Below, piece by piece: positions 36,656 to 51,160 of a stretch of 64,000 nt of DNA. Each line of letters opens with the position of its first letter. Position 1 is the first letter of the stretch. The translations under genes and the position numbers were made by a program. The stretch covers positions 51,258,518 through 51,322,517 of the forward strand of contig NC_057719.1 of assembly GCF_004010195.1 (NCBI RefSeq), written 5' to 3'. This DNA comes from Chiloscyllium plagiosum. Lineage: Eukaryota. A model generated the notes under the pieces. The model had not been told where the DNA came from, made no database searches, and saw only the letters and a list, made by a program, of their open reading frames with translations.

Positions 36656-39600
36656 TAAAAAGTTGTGCAGGTTACAGTAAACAATCACTAATCCAGAGAC
36701 TCAGTTCAATGAATACAAAAGGTCAACTCCATAGCAATTCAGGCAATAGAAGCATAGCCTCAGAAAACCAATTGTTCATTCAATGATGGATCAAGTAAGT
36801 TCAGAGGCAGCATTGCAGTGCTGTTCAGCATCAGTCTGAGGATTGTGTACCAAGACCATCAGATAAGCCTCCTGGTGTGCCTCATGTCACCCATAGGCCA
36901 CCAATGAATATGATGCACATGGATCAACATTTGAGGAACCTGAGAATTGTGCTGTATAAAAGCCTGGGACAGTGTCCTGAATAGCAGCCACCCGGCTGCC
37001 TGTGGTCACAAACGAACTGGACATTGAGGGAGTGAAATCTCTTTCTTTCAGGAAACTGACTGAATGATGCCAGAGAGTGCTGAGTGCCACACAGGTGCAG
37101 TTGATGACCCCTCGAACCTGAGAAATGCCAGTAATGGCAAAAAATGAGACAGCTTGGATATCTCGGTTCACCAGGTCCATGGTGCACTGGACAACCTGCA
37201 CTACATTCCTGAGTCAGCCATTGATGAACTTGTGTCCTGCTGATCGGGAGATGGCACACATGTCTCCAGTTGAGGTTTGGAAGGGAGCCACTGCTTAGCA
37301 AGTGCCACATGCATGATGATGCCTCCCAACCTGTATGGCTGCAGAATTGCCTGCAGGAGATGGCAGATATAGGTGACAGCTTCCTTAATCACTCTGAGAC
37401 ATGTTTGGCACAGCCATTCGCTCCTCTGCATGTAGCTGCAATGCCTTCTATATACCCTCTCTTGAAATACAGCTCGACGATGTTGAACACGCAACATCCC
37501 CTCTACAGGCACTGTTTGTTCATCCACAGCAGAAGTTTCTAAGCCTCCTGTCTCTGGTTCTGTTTCTGTTGTCGTCCCTTCTCTGCCTCCTCCTTCTCCT
37601 TAGCCTCAGCAAATAACGTACATCTGCTGGGATAAGTTGGTCAAACCTCTGGCATGAGTTATTGATCTGTGAATAAATACAGGTAGAAATAAAGGGACCT
37701 GTGGGAAAAATAGGGTTAGGAGCAGACTAGCAAAAAACTATCACTCACGATCACCCAAAAGCCTAACACAAAGTATAGCACAGCCTGAATGAAGGTTTAA
37801 ACCATATGAATTAGCAAAACTATGCTGTTCCATTTTTGCAAGAAAAAGGAGAATCCAGGAGTAGATTGTGTGATATGCATGTACAAGAACAAATTGGAAA
37901 AGCAAATGGTATCTATAAGGTTAATGCAGTGGTGCAAGAATTATACAGGAATAGTTTAATTTTTGAAATGAAGGTGCTCAATGTACAGTTCTGCACCTCT
38001 CACCTGCTCTGACAACAGCTGACATCGACGCATGCAAGGAGCGCATCGTATGAAACGATCGCCGCTGGGGTCACCCTATTGCGAGCAGAGGTAAGCGTTC
38101 TTGAAAATGCCATCCCTTAATTCTTCAGCGACGTTATAGCCAAATCACACTGCTGAAACGTGCTTTATATGCTACCTGTCTCAGGAATGTGAAAAGTTTG
38201 TTTTCCATTTGGATCTTGACGTAGTGAAGTTCCCCTCGGTCTCTTCTGAGGCTGCTCATGTGTTGGGTGAAGGCCTGCCTTGTAGACACCTCCACATGCT
38301 AAGGAGCACCCTCATAGCCCAAGATGTGTTTTCTTCTTCCGCATTCTACTATGTGAAAAATTGTTGTGACCTTGCTCTTTACATTACTTTCCACGCATAT
38401 GACAATTCCCTACAAGTGACTCTGGTGGTCTTCATATTCCCAATGATACGGACAACAATCTTTGACTCAACAGTCTGCAGAACAGTTTCATTTGCTTCTG
38501 CATGACACATATAGAATAACCATCTCCCCATCCCCATCACCACCAACCCCAATGTTGGTGAATCTTAGGTGCCCTTCCTCTTAAGGTTAAATGAATGATG
38601 AGACATGTTTGGGACTTTGTTGTTAGGAGATAATAGAACTTTTTCTCATTTATTCTGTTGTGAGTGTTTCCTTTCAGTGCAAAGGCCTGAACTGAATACT
38701 TTTGCAACTGTAGTTTTCAGTTTTTGTTTGTTCCATCAGTAGGGTGTGTTAGCACTGCCCAAGGTCAAGTCAAACACACCATCACCCAGCGCTATTGATA
38801 CCCTTGACAATAATACCCTTTAAGTTCCATTTCTGAACTTAACTTTCTACCTACATTTATCTGAATCTTTAATATTGATCCCACTTTTGACTTTGCCCTA
38901 TTTTGTGTTGAGTGTTTTTTTTAATTGAGCTCCACTTGCCTGGCCCAGCAATGATGTTGCCAGTGTGGCTGCTTCACTTGAGCAGGTTTGTCAACCAGTC
39001 AGATTTTATCCCTTGTGGATAATTAAGAATAATTAAGGACTCCATATGACCGTGACTTCTGATGATTGGTTGACCCAGTGAGGCGTCACCCCTCACATTA
39101 ACAACGCCTGCACAAATAAATGACTTGGTTTTGAAGGAATCAAATTACTGAAGGGGTTTATACTCATTGGCACTTGAAGGGAAATTATAAGACCGCAAGA
39201 GGAAGGAGTAAAAGCAGACCCTTCAGCTCATCAATAGAAATAAAAGCCAGCAGACCATTTGCTTTTCCTATTACCTACTGAACTTGGACGCTAGGTTTTT
39301 GAGATTCATGTACTAAGCAGTCTATCCAACTAGGTACATAGTCCATATGCAATCAGATTTGGAAACAAGATGTTCTCTGTTTTTTTAAAATAAGATTGTG
39401 GCCAAAAATGTAATTCCAATGAAGTTTCATAGCATGCTAAGGATTGCAAAAGAGTGGACCAGCCTGAAAGGCTCTGAAAAACTAATACTACAATTTGAAC
39501 ACGCTGACAGGAAATTGAACTTTTGATTCCTGTCCTTCTAAAAGTTCATGTTGACCTGGAAGTTTCCACCCTCTGCCTCCAAGATATATTTGGCTTGGTA

Positions 39601-40039
39601 TTCACCTAATTTAACCCCAGTGTCCACAAGCAGAAGGGTGTAATCACAGCGTGACAAGTCTACATCGGTTATGCAGGTAAGACTTCATTATAAATGTGGA
39701 TGTGAGAATTAATAACATGTACAGTTGACAGGAAATGCATGCAAACCAAAGCTGTTTTCATAACACAGTAGTGTTAATGTGGTAAAATGCCCTGAGATGA
39801 TTCATAGAATCATATGACTGATTGCCAAACAAAATATAACGCAAAGAGTTGGATTTTAACCATAAAGGACAAAGGCTTGAGTTGAGTAATTTCCTGAATC
39901 GGTAAAGTGTTACTTTTAAAAGGGCCCTGCGATCACATTTTCAATCAGGAAGAAGCAATGGGATGGAGTCAGGTTCACTACAAATGGAGCGGCAGTTCAA
40001 GATGGGAAGATGAAGAAGATGCAGAGATGCTTCAGTGTG

Positions 40040-40845
40040 TTTTAGAATAAGTTGAGTGAGTGATAAGCACATAGCAGTTGAAACATAATGTGGACAGATG
40101 TGATGTTATCCACTTCACTAGCAAAAACAAGAAGGTGGATTATCTGAACGACAACCGATTGGAGAGAAAGCAGAAGGTGCTATGAGACCTGGGTGCTGTT
40201 GTTCAAGTAAGCATCCAGGTACAGCAGACAGTGAAGAAGGGAAATGGTAGGTTGGTCTTCATAGCAAGAGGAGTTGAGTACAGGAGGAGGGATGTCTTGT
40301 TGCAATTCAACAGGGGGACCTTGGTGAGGTTACACATAAAGTATTACGTGCTGTTTCCTTCTTCTTATCCGAGGAAAGATGCTCTGATCATGGAGGGAGT
40401 GCACTAAGTATTTACCGGCTTGATTCCTAGAATAGTAGGACTTTGTATGAAGAACTATGGATCAGTTGGAACTATATTCACTAGAGATTAGAAGAATAAG
40501 AGAGCTATCATAGAAACCTATAAACTTCTATCAGGTCTAGGCAGGGTAAACGCAAGAAAGGTGTACCAATGGCTGGGGAGTCCAGAATCAAGGGTCATAG
40601 TCTCAGGATACAGGATATTAGGACTGATGAGGAATAATTTCTTCATTCAGATAATGGAATTATCTTCCACAAAAAGTGGTCAAAAAGAAGAGCTATATAG
40701 TTCTTAAGGCTATAGGGATCAAAAGTATGAAGCAAAAGCAGGAACAGGGTGCTGAGTATTGATCAGGCATGGTCATATTGAATGGCAGAGCATGCTCAAA
40801 GAGCTGAATGGCCTACTCCCGTTCCTAGTTTCTTTGTTTCATAGA
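40040..40845 (+). mobile_element. CR1 LINE 3' portion (decayed)
   Basis: Decayed NV.KC.VIHF, ARG.EY...DV and LV...LEY-like motifs, then a 3' UTR ending gaatggcctactcccgttcct. Confidence 0.8.
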
Positions 40846-41596
40846 ACATGAGTATGAATGTGAGCAAGTACTGAGGTGGTCTGGTTAGAAGACCAATCTT
40901 GGATCTTGGGAGCTCATCCTATCATTTTAAATAATTAGGCCTCTAGGTCTCAGAGTTCAGATCTGCTTACTTTCCACCCTACTGCTTCCAGGACCCTTCT
41001 GTGACTTCACCACATCTTTCAATGTTCACTGACCCAGCTTATAATATTGATCAGGAATCATGCAATAACAATGGCAATTATGAAAAGTACTTTTAAAAGA
41101 ATCATTCAGAAATCTGTTTAAAAAAAGCACTGCTTATACAATCCTTTAAAAATGTTATTGACGCAACCACATAACTTTGCCTCATTTCACATGTTTTTAT
41201 CTCGTCCAAATAAACATGCAGACCTTGATAGAAACATTTCAAGGGTAGAATAACTTATTAAATTCCTAGAAGGATGATATTCAAGCAAAGCAAACAATCA
41301 ATTTCTATCTGTGAAAATAGACCCCTGCTGAACTAATCCAATCATGAATCCTGGACCATAGCTTTGCATTTATAATGAGGCCATCTGAAGAAACAGATGT
41401 CTAACCATGGGAGTAGCATAAGGAGAGCAAATAGATGGATAAGAGGCACAGGTGGCCTGGAAGGTTTTGGGAGTGTATGGATGAACATGCCTTTAAAAAT
41501 GTTCCCAAATCCAGACTATGGTTCCTAATTCCTCTGAGAGGCCATGAGTACATGACCCTGAGAATCTGGGTCCATAAAAGTTCAAAAGGATCCGGT

Positions 41597-41728
41597 ATGA
41601 TCATGGCTGATCAATATTCAAGGAGAAAGTGAGGTCTGCAGACGCTGGAGATCAAAGCTGAAATATTCAGCACCCTGTTCCTGCTTTTGCCTCATACTTT
41701 TGATCCTTATAGCCCTGAGAACTATATC
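41597..41728 (-). repeat. Local inverted copy of the CR1 3' UTR at 40693-40776, interrupted by a 41-bp PLE 3' tip (41621-41661)
   Basis: The reverse complement matches atatagttcttaaggctatagggatcaaaagtatgaagcaaaagcaggaacagggtgctgagtattgatcag. The insert aggagaaagtgaggtctgcagacgctggagatcaaagctga is flanked by aatattca repeats. Confidence 0.8.
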
Positions 41729-44700
41729 TCTCTTGCAAGAAAGCTGTACATGTCAGGAGAGCTCCCCTGAAAGTACATCTTTATCCTGCAATGGCAAAAA
41801 ATGCCAGCTATGAAATCAGAGCTGAGAAATCCTGGATTGAGTTTTGTTTGCCAGTTTGAAAGAACCTCAGAGCTACAGCCCAAGTCAGTAAAGAGCTATT
41901 AGGGCATGTGATCAGAAATTTGGTCCAAGAAGGAGCTTTAAGGAGCATCTTTAGGATGAAGAGTCAGGCAGAAAATCAAGGGTTAATAAAGTGGGGTTCA
42001 TGATGTAACAGATTCCAGTTCTTTTTAGACAACAGCGAAATGCATAAAGAATATTCTTGAGAAGAAAATCCCACATTCAAAGGCATACAATCATCAAGGC
42101 CCTGTCTTTAAATTTACTCTCCAGTTGGTGCTAACAAATTAAAACCATATATCAGAGGCACTTTAAAATCTGTGCCATCATATGCCTAAACAATGCTGCC
42201 TAATCATGATATTGTGCTCAAGTGTCGCATTGCTTTTGAGTTGATGTCAATTTAGATGAAAGGTAGGCGCTCATGTCTTAAACTGGTTCAATAATTTTTT
42301 GAAAATGTTACATTGCAGTGAATAAAGGTACAATAGAACCCATTGATAAAGCTTCCTTTGGGAAAAATATAAAAGCTGTGTTGTGCTGGAGAACTTTATG
42401 AAGGCGTCTACAGTACTTAATTCAGATTCTGTAACAAGAGGTACCATTGGAAAGAAAAATTTTATTTTCAATAATACATCACAATGATAGAGGCTAGGCC
42501 AAAAGATCCATAAATGTATTTCAAGTCATTTATTTTCCATTTGGAAATATGCTTATACTCTTGCAGATCTAATATACAGTGAACAGCTGTGAGATCTGAT
42601 AAATATCTCCAATCGGGAACTAACCATAATTGATTCACGATTTGTCTTTCACCAGTTATATAGTCAGGCACATTCATCATAGAATCATAGAAGATTCATG
42701 CAATGTAATATCTCACCACTGGCTATCATGAACATTCTTTGTTTACAGGCATATTTAAGAAAACTCGTTTTGAAGGGATGGCATCATCATGTCAATCTGT
42801 CTCACTGCACAATTTACACAAAAGCACAGTTATGTAATCGCTTCATTTATCTTGTGACCTCTGTAATTTCAGATTTTTAAATAATGTAATAAATTATATG
42901 GTAACAGTCTGAATTTGACACAGTCCTGTGTAAGTTCATTTTCATTCAACATGATGTGAAGTTTTCAATAAAATGTGTTGCCTACAGAAACTGAGCAGCC
43001 CTTTCATAGTAAGCGCAAGTCTTGCATCAGCCAAACAAAAGACTTTTTTATTGATTAATAATATTTATACCTGAAACAAAGTTGTGAAATTTTCAAAGTG
43101 CTATTAATTGAATGTTGTTCTAAGTTTTATTTGGCATTTCTTCCCTTTTACTGATCGACCTTCATGAATGCTATTGTCTCCATTGCAAAGTCACAATTAT
43201 TCATTTGTGATCATTGATGATGAAGGCTAGACATTATTTACCTAATGTTGGCAGAGCAGTTAAGCTTGATTCTACCCTCAGCTTCTCATGGATAAACTCC
43301 TTAGCAAAAGTTTGCTGAATAGAGATCAGGAATGGAAATCATGGCTAATTTTATTCTCCTTAACTAAGATACTTGCAATGGTTTTATGGTCACAACAGTA
43401 ACAACAATATTTCACTGCAACAATACTGACGAAAAGATGATAAAACTTCCCCGTTCTGCTCCATTTCTTCTATTTAATGAGAAAATGTCAGTGTGTGGTC
43501 GCATCTACAAGGAAACAGGACAGGCTAAGGCCAAGAAAGAAAGTGATTCAAAGGGCAGTGAAGATTTGATCATCATCCACTGTCCTCAAGGAAGTGGTAA
43601 CAACCGCAACTTTGCACAGGCCCCTTCCTTCCAATATGGTTAGGGATCTGAACGAAGACTTGAGCATGAAATTGGCTGCTTCCATCCCATGTCAAATAAG
43701 AAATTGTTAAGAACTCACATCAGGAATGAGAGAATCATAAGCTTAAATAGTTTCTCATGGCTGACGTCCCAAGAGCTAAAGCAGGAGATGGACTCAAACA
43801 TAATGACAAAGATTTACTGAAGAGAGAGAGGCTGACCTAAAAAGGACTCTGCTGGAAGGGAACATTGATTTTCTAGTGATACTAGGTGCATCCCACAGTC
43901 CCCCACTGAGATGATGATGTATTTGCAAAGTCTACATGATTATTCCTATGCACAATAGACAGGTTCAGTATTTTGACTCTCTGAGCTTCAAGAGTCTTTT
44001 TAAACATTTCTTATGTAGTAAAATGAACCAAAATACTTCATAGGAGGTTTCTCAAAAACAAAATTTGGCCTGAAGTCACATAATGCAACACAGGGGAAAG
44101 ATAATCATTTAGGTAAGTCTTTAAGGTAGTGAGACAAAATAGTTTGGAAGGCCTACACAAATCCAGAAGTTAGGACTGAGGCAGATAAAGCTTCTCAGAT
44201 CCAAATGGGATCAGTTAACTGAACAAAAACTGAGAGGTTAACCTGGGAACTTCCAAGAGTGGGTGGCTCAAATATCTACTGTGTAAACCTGTTGAATCAG
44301 CAGGAATGTCTGTTCTTCATTGCTGATATTTTCTTGCATATCCTGTGTGTGGTCTTTATGATAATGGCTTCTTTCCAATTGTTTCATTTTTATTCCTAGA
44401 AATAATTCACATCTGTCCTGGTTCATGACTTTCATGATAAAATATATTTTGAGCATTTTTGTACTTTTCCCCTTGAGCCACATTGGTGTGGGATGTATCA
44501 GTGAGTGTTACACAGTTGGCAGCTTCAGAGTTTATGGGTGTGCAATTTGGGTGGAGCTACACAAGTTAACCCCACCTTCTCTTGGGAATGTTTTCTGAGC
44601 CCAGTGTGCCCATTAGCTGTTCCCAGTGTGCCAAAGTGATCAGAGATTTAATGCATGTGTCCCCTTTGTAATTCTGAATCAGCTAAACCAGTACTAACAC

Positions 44701-47089
44701 ACATTGCTAATGGCTGACGTGGGGTTTATTTTTTTTTAACTTGGCTCATTCAAATCTATTCAATCAATTAACTCACCAAAGACTAGGCACTCATCTGTGA
44801 GAAGGATCCAGCACAAATAATATTTAAAATGTCATCTTGTACCCAACTGTAGCTGGGTTGACCTGATTGAGGGGCCTGGCATCAGGAAGTGGGGAGAGCT
44901 GCACAACCTGATCTTTTATCCAACCACCCTCTCCCCACCTCACCTGTAACCCCTCCCCATGATTTTCATTTCACTCATTGCTTCTCTTCAGAGATCTAGT
45001 AATCATTCCTGTTGGCTACTGCTGCTGGCAATAGAGAAGTGTGAGTTTCTGACTAGCCAGCAGCTCATGGAGATGGATTTCCTGCTGAGGTTTTAGTCCA
45101 ATGGGAAGCTCATTGTTGCCTGGTAAGTGCCTGTGCTCATGGTAATTGCATGAATGTCCTGGATGAAATCAATCTCCAAACCTACGCCAACATTAAATAC
45201 CATTCAAAGACAAGGGGGAGAAAGGAAAGTTAGAAATAATGACAGATTTCCATTGATACATGAGTTATTTGAACCTTTTTGGCCAATGGCCATAGGACAG
45301 CCATTCAGGAGTCTCTGTTTTTTTGCAGAGACTCTAAATCTACAAAGATGATTTTATTGGGGAGAGGAGTGGTTACATTAGATTTGAAGGAGAGTGGGAA
45401 AATATCTGATTAAAGGGAACTATTCACAACATCAACGAACCAAGGAGACAGGAAATTTGGTGGGAATAGGGCTGAGGAAGCAGGATCTGGGTTTCAATAG
45501 CCAAGGTGAGCTGGGAGAGGGTATGAGAAGAGATGGGAGAAAAAAAATAGAGAAATAAATTAATTAAAGACTGGCTTATTCTGGTTCAATTTAAAATAAT
45601 GGCATAAGAGGGAAATGGAGCAATGTCAAGCATACAAGGTTTATGCTGGGTCTTAAGACTTTGGCCTCAGTCTTCAAGGTAGAGAGGATTATTTAAAGAA
45701 ACGATTTGAGTGGAGTAAATAATATGGACTTAACAGTGCCCTCAGCAATAAGCCTTGATTATTATGTGTTTGTGGCAGAGAGGAGCAAGGCCAAACAACA
45801 CTCACATTTGCACTCTTTGAAGCCAATATGAAAGCCAAAATGGATGAAACAATTAGGATGGAAGAGTGTAAAGATTTCGGTGAGGGTAATAGGATCAGAG
45901 TTGGAAGTGTACTGGGCAGAAAAATGGCTGCAGATGGCTCAGGGCTAATAATAAGCCAAATGTGAGGCAATTGAGAGAAAGTGCAGTTCAAAGGGATTAA
46001 TGAGTATGTTGTATTTTCATAAGACACAAAACATTTCTACATTGTTTTGAATAGTTTTGATTTCATGCAACGTATGTGCAATCTTTAATAATTTCAAGTT
46101 TAAATTACACATCTATGATAGCAATTTGAAAGCTATACACGAATCGTAGGTGCAGATGATAATTACAAAACACTTGCTTTTATTATTCATAATCTAATCT
46201 GAATAATTTCATAACTACTCCCAATTATCTGTTATTTTACATAAAACAATAGATTGACACTGCTCCGAAAGGAGATTTGCTGCAGTGAATTTTCCTTGCA
46301 ATGTTTAAAATTCAAATTGCATTTTACTCACTTTGATTTGATGATAGCGAGAATTTAGAATATCTTAGCATCATGATAAAGGGAGGAATGTAGAAAACAA
46401 AATACATTGCAATCAAGGGTTTTACGACATTACCCATTATATATTTTTAATGCTGATGAAAAGAGATAATTAGCATCCTATGAGGAATAATTTACAGCAG
46501 CTGTTTTAATTATTCGTACCATGTCCTCTGCATTAATTTGTTATCTGAGATATTGTTTATTAGTAGAGCTCTACATGGCTGCTGCTAAATGAATATCCAT
46601 TTACATGAAAAGTTCATAGAGGAACATTTAGCCAATATATTCCCAAATTCAGGACATCATTTATATGGCAAAATCAATACATTATCGTTAGATACTTACT
46701 GAGAATGCTATGTTTTATTATGAATGATTACAAGCTAAAATAGCTTGTATTTGAGAAAATTAACTTTTGAGGCTGTAATGCATTTATGTTTTACTTTGAT
46801 TATAATTTTCTGCCTTAAAATCCTTGAATGCATACTTTGTACAGTCTTTGTTTATACAAGTATTGCAAACACACAGCAATCTTCGTACTTCATGGAACTA
46901 AAAACTGCTGGTTTGCAATCTAAAACAATATAAGTATAGCCAGGGGACATATACCGAGTTGGACAACAATCTCAGCAGTTTACTTCTTAACTTGAAAAAT
47001 TAAACCAATGGCTCAGTAGCACTATTATAGACTGAGCTGGCTAAATCTGAAAGGACAAAACTGCTGCACTGATTATACGTCACGTCATG

Positions 47090-49440
47090 AGAGACCCAAC
47101 AAAAGGGAAAAAAAACTTGGTCTCATCCTTACCAATCTACCTGTAGCAGATGTATCTGTCCATGACAAAGTGATAAGATTGACCACTGCAGAATCCTTGT
47201 GGAGATGAAATATCATCTTCACACTAAGGAAGTTTCTATCGTGTTGCGTGCCATTGTGCTAAGTGGAATAGATTTTGGCCAGATCGAGCAACCAAAATTG
47301 GGCATCCATGAGCTGCTGTGGGCCATCACTAGCAGCAGACCTGTATTCAACTACAACCTGTAAACGTATTCCCCATCATATCCCCCATTCTGACATTATC
47401 ATCAAGTTAGTGAATCAATTCTGGTTTAATGAAGACTGCAGGAGGACATGCCAGGAAAAAGAGGTGTCAACCAAGTGAGGTTACAACACAGGACTAGATT
47501 AGATTCCCTACAGTATGGAAACAGGCCATTTGGCCCAACAAGTCCACACCGACCCTCTGAAGAGTAACCCATCCCTCTAACTAATGCACCTAACACTTTA
47601 GCAATTTAGCATGACCAGTTCACCTGACCTGCACATCTTTGGATTGTGGGAGGAAACCAGAGCCCCCGGAGGAAACCCATGCAGAATGTGCAAATTCCAC
47701 ACAGACAGTTACCTGAGATGGGAATTGAACCCAGGTCCCTGGTGCCGTGAGGCAGCAGTGCTAACCACTGAGCCATTGTGCCACTCCTAACTGCTTGAAT
47801 GTTTTTTGATCAGCATGCAATAGAGCTAGGTATTATTGTTCAGATCTAAACTCTGCAGTCCTTCCCTGTGTAATAGATAGTGGTGAATGACTTAACAACT
47901 CACTGGAGGAAGAGGCTTCACAAAAAAGCCCTACTGTCAATGCTGGAAGAATCCAGCACATAAGTGCTAAAATCAAGGCTGAAGCATTTGCGACAATCTT
48001 TAGCATATAGGGGAGAAAGTAGGGATAATATTGGATGATCTATCACTGCCTCATTCTGAAGACCCCAGCATCACAGATCACTAGCCTTCAGCCAATTTGA
48101 TTATTTGCATGTGATTTCAAGAAAAGGCTAAAGCATGGGTCATGATACCATTCCAGCAACAGTACTGAAGACTTCTGCTACAAAAGTAGCCATATCCCAA
48201 GCTAAACTGTCCCATTACAGCTACAGTATTGGTATCTATCTGGAAATGTGGAGAATTGCCCAGGTTATAAAAAGCAGGACAAATCCAAATGAACCAATTA
48301 CTGCCCCATCAGTCTACTTTTGATTACAAGCAGAGTGATGAAAGGCTTGTTGACAATACAATGAGGCAGCACTAACTAATCAATAACCTATAATTGACAC
48401 TCAGTTTGGCATCCATCAAGCCCATATAGCTCCAGATCTCATTATAGCCTTAGTCCAAACATGGACAAAAGAACTGACCTCAAGACATAAGCTGATTGTC
48501 TTTAACATCAAGACAGCATTTGACCAGTTAAGCAATCAAAGAGCCTTGGTAAAACTAAAGTCAATGGGAATTGAGGGAAAATGCTCTGTGGTTGGACTCA
48601 TACTTAGCACAAAGAAAGATTGTTGTTGTAAGAGATAACTCATCTCTGTAGAATTCCTCTGGGTAGTCTCCTTGGCCTAATTATCTTCAGCTGTTTCATC
48701 AATGGCCTTCCCTCCATCTTAAGGTCAGAAGCAACGATGTTCACTAATGATTGCATGATATTCAATACAATTTGCCTCAGAACTTCAGTTACTGAAACAA
48801 TTTTGACCAAGTTCAGCAAGAATTGGACAATATTCAGGTTTTGGCTGATAAATATTAAGTAACATAAATATCATATAAGTACCAAATAATAGTCATTGCA
48901 AACTAGAGGGAACCTAACTTAACATCTAATAGCATTGTTATTACTATCCCACAATCAATATCCTCAGACTTATCATTGACCCAAAACTGAACTCTACAGC
49001 CATATAAATACTATAGGAGCAAGGCTAGGTCAGAGGCTGGTAATTTTACCTTGAATAACTCATATACTGAACCCCACCACCACCAACCAGGGCCTGAACA
49101 CCATCTGCAAGGCACAAGTCAAGAGTGTAATGAAATATTCTCTACTTGATATGGATGTGTGTGGCTCCAATAACACTCAAGAAAGTTGAAGGTCTTCATT
49201 TTGATTGTCATCCAACACACCACCTTAAAGATTACACTCTATCTCACAAAACATGGTTGCAGCAGTATGCACCATTTACACAAGCATAAGAGCAAATCAT
49301 TAAGCTTTCTTTTTTAGCAGTTTTCAAGCCTACAACTAAAAAGACAAGGTTAGAAGGTGCATAGTGACACCACAATTTGCAAGATCCATTCAAGCTGCAC
49401 ATCAAGGGCTCAAAATTCATGCTGGTAGTAGGCAGGTTCA
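47090..49440 (+). mobile_element. L2/CR1-group LINE ORF2 relic
   Basis: PWFNE.C-like (FWFNEDCRRTCQEK), KA.G.D.IPATVLK, MWRIAQV..K, AFD and FADD-like motifs; homologous to 26190-29170. Confidence 0.8.
47495..47784 (-). mobile_element. HE1-type V-SINE nested in the LINE
   Basis: tagattagattccctacag tail complement, V-domain and tRNA-like head. Confidence 0.9.
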
Positions 49441-50159
49441 CCCCCAAAAAGTCCAAAATTCCCTGGAGAATTCAATGATGGGTGCAAGCAATGGGAGAAA
49501 AGTCAACTCCATAAATGGTACTGACAGAATCAATGATTAGTTTCTCCTCCAATCACAGACAGGTTGTCTCTTGCATTTGTTGCTAATAGATCCACCAAAA
49601 AGCCTCTCGGTAGCAAAAATGGGAAAGGCTGAAGGAGCAGCGAGCAGTTAAGAAAGTAAATGGTTGTAGTGAGGGAGCTTTCTATTGCTATGGACTCGGG
49701 GCCAAGGACTGACCTTGCTGCTGTCTGTAGATTTGTGCCAGGGTTGGGACTTTTGCTGGGGACACTCTACTAGGTTTAAGGGGAGGAGTTTCTGTCAGGG
49801 TAATGAGAAGTGGAGGAAGTAGGAGGTTGTAACGAGTTGGAAGTAGGAGGAGGCTGCAAGGTGTGGGTGAGGAGAGCAGTAGACTGCAAAAGGGGAAGGA
49901 GGAGGCTGCAAGAGAGTTTGGAGAAGAAATCTGCAAGAGGATGGCATAGATGGAAGGAAGTTAGGAAAGGGAAGCTTTAAGAACAGAGGAGAGGGGGACT
50001 GCAAGAGAGAAAAAAAGAGTAACTTGCTAAAAGAGTAACACTCAGCAATCTGTGAGCCAGAAAAACCTGAAAACACTTACATAATGAGTTACTTGCAAAT
50101 GAATATTGAATCTCTAATTTAAGGCTTCACAGACCTGGGTAGGGAGCAATGTAAGGGCA

Positions 50160-50845
50160 GAGGGAGCTGGGGATTCAAGTGCATAGGTTTTTGAAGGTGG
50201 AAGGACCTGATAGGAGAAGTTGACATCTTGGTTTTCAGAAAAAGATATTGAGTACAAAAACAGAACATTTATCAGAAACCTTTCTAAAATTTTGGTTCGG
50301 GCACAACTAAAGTATTATATCCAATTTGGTCATCACACTTTAAGAAGTATGTGAAGATCGATGAAAGAAGTCAAAGGAGATTTGCCAGTGTTGACCAGGC
50401 ATATAAGCAAATTTAACTAAAAGCTTAGATTGGAAAAGGTGGGCTTTTTGTCCTTTAAACAGCGTAGTTTGAGGGGAAATTTGACAGATGTGCAAGAGAT
50501 TATGACAAATTTTAATAAGTAGGCAAAGGAAAGCTGTTCCCATTAGTTGATGCCACAAGGACTCAGGGATATGAATGAAAAGTTTTAGGAAGAGATTTGT
50601 GCAGGATGTGAGAAAGAACTTTTATTATCAATTAAGTTGTAGCAATCTGAAACATGAAGCTTACAAGGGAGGTGGAAACTGAGATTATTAATGGTCTGAA
50701 AAGATATTGGACAGGCATCTGAGAAAAGTAAGCTGTCAGTACTGTGAGGATAGAGTGGGAGAATGAGAGAGATTGGATTCCCCCTCCAAAGAAACAGCAT
50801 GGACTCAGTAGGGTGAGTGCCTCCTGTGTTGGAATATTATGACAG
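50160..50845 (+). mobile_element. Old CR1 LINE 3' portion
   Basis: Decayed IEYKN, LVR..L.Y..QFW and LRG.L..V.KIM motifs; CR1-type 3' UTR. Confidence 0.7.
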
Positions 50846-51160
50846 CCAGATCTCCAGAATGCAGCCTCAGTGGCTTTAATGTCCCGATTACATAATTACA
50901 ATCTCTGTCCCGTTTGTCAATCAGCAGTTACAATTATTAATTGCTTTGTCAATATTTTCCAGTGAGTTTTGTTAAATCAACTGTCGCAGTTTAGGTGACA
51001 ATTGTAATCAAAGGCTGTTCCACTGAGCAAGGTGATTCTGACGCAGGATGACATAGCAAAGTGCAACATTAAATGAGCACTCCATGCAAAAGCACATTTT
51101 TATTGTTGATTTTGACCTTTTGAGCATACTCTCCCTTCCCCCATGTCCCATTAGCAGCTG

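Larger units (their letters stand above)
35985..37610 (-). pseudogene. Harbinger (HARBI1-like) DDE transposase relic, interrupted by a LINE tail
   Basis: Minus frames give RVYRRHCSYMQRSE..C..CLRVIKEAVTYICHLLQ, FFAITGISQVRGVINCT, RKRFHSLNVQFVCDHR and WPMGD (GD.GY-like), plus an acidic C-terminus ending ENLIPARF near 36000. Confidence 0.8.
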
